DNA of 6,616 nucleotides from a virus (Duplodnaviria; Heunggongvirae; Uroviricota; Caudoviricetes): IMG/VR virus record IMGVR_UViG_2874920711_000007, positions 1 to 6,616 of that record; one strand, 5' to 3'. Shown piece by piece: positions 6,269 to 6,616 of this stretch (position 1 is its first letter; each line of letters starts with the position of its first letter). The notes under the pieces were generated by a model. It saw only the letters and a program-made list of their open reading frames with translations, ran no database searches and was not told where the DNA came from. The position numbers and the translations under genes were made by a program.

Positions 6269-6616
6269 ATGCAAACAGCAACCAAACCATCAAACAAGGC
6301 CTCAAAAGCTAATGAGTTAATGAAAATAATGGATTCTCTAAGCGAACAAGAAAAAGAGATCGTGATCCATACGCTCAAACGAAAAGGTGTTGAAAAGTTG
6401 CTCGAATTTTGCAGCCAAGAAAACCAAGAGTTGATTAGTTTAACGGGTATTCGAAGATTAGCTGCTTTAAGCCTAAATAACCTGTCAGAACAAAAGGTTA
6501 GAGAGATTTTGGCGGGAAATGAAGCTGAGGCCGATCTCATCCAACTAACCAACAAGGCAGTTAGCATAGCTGTGCTTAACTTACTTGGTCCATTTCTACA
6601 ACTTCTGATAAGCTAG
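6269..6616 (+). CDS. Hypothetical protein encoded in AT-rich DNA at the edge of the phage tail cluster (possible moron or flanking non-phage gene)
   Basis: Plus-strand ORF open from 6209 to TAG at 6614-6616. Candidate starts are ATG 6209, 6269, 6314 and 6323; none has a good SD, and 6269 is chosen because the AT-rich composition begins there. The product (MQTATKPSNK...SEQEKEIVIHTLKRKGVEKLLEFCSQENQELISLTGIRRLAALSLNNLSEQKVREIL...KAVSIAVLNLLGPFLQLLIS) is Lys/Glu/Leu-rich with a hydrophobic C-terminal stretch. An open frame of this length in AT-rich DNA is unlikely by chance. No family recognised. Confidence 0.45.
   Translation: MQTATKPSNKASKANELMKIMDSLSEQEKEIVIHTLKRKGVEKLLEFCSQENQELISLTGIRRLAALSLNNLSEQKVREILAGNEAEADLIQLTNKAVSIAVLNLLGPFLQLLIS

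Noticed and set aside
6196-6567. Minus-strand 123-aa ORF overlapping the AT-rich region
   Set aside because: Ser/Phe/Leu-rich composition typical of the antisense frame of an AT-rich gene. It ends 3 codons after the J-like ATG in another frame. The plus-strand ORF is the more protein-like reading.
1-6616. CRISPR array, tRNA/rRNA genes, IS element or transposase, diversity-generating retroelement
   Set aside because: No regularly spaced direct repeats, no tRNA-like cloverleaf candidates, no transposase or reverse-transcriptase ORF, and no template/variable repeat pair at the fibre C-termini.

Overview
The window reads as the late/right arm of a Mu-like (transposable-phage) prophage, with every credible phage gene on the minus strand. 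In transcription order (high to low coordinate) these are: baseplate J-like protein, gpI-like tail protein, a P2-H/Mu-S-like tail fibre with its assembly chaperone, a second lambda-Stf-like side tail fibre with a different putative chaperone, a GATC-containing palindromic regulatory region, then com and mom (the Mu DNA-modification/anti-restriction module). No DNA invertase (gin/cin/pin) and no gix-like sites were found, so the two fibre modules are fixed in tandem rather than carried on an invertible G segment. Three of the long tail genes (J, I, fibre 1) are split by single-base frameshifts within short intervals containing G/C runs, and fibre 2 may be a fourth case. I cannot distinguish sequencing error from genuine prophage decay from sequence alone. 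At about 6240-6270 the GC-rich phage sequence gives way to AT-rich DNA carrying one plus-strand orphan ORF (6269..6616) of unknown function; this junction is the most likely place for something undescribed. Both window edges coincide exactly with stop codons (mom at 1..3, the orphan ORF at 6614..6616). No rRNA, tRNA, CRISPR array, transposase or integrase was found. All assignments rest on reading the translations and on recalled family signatures; no database search was run.
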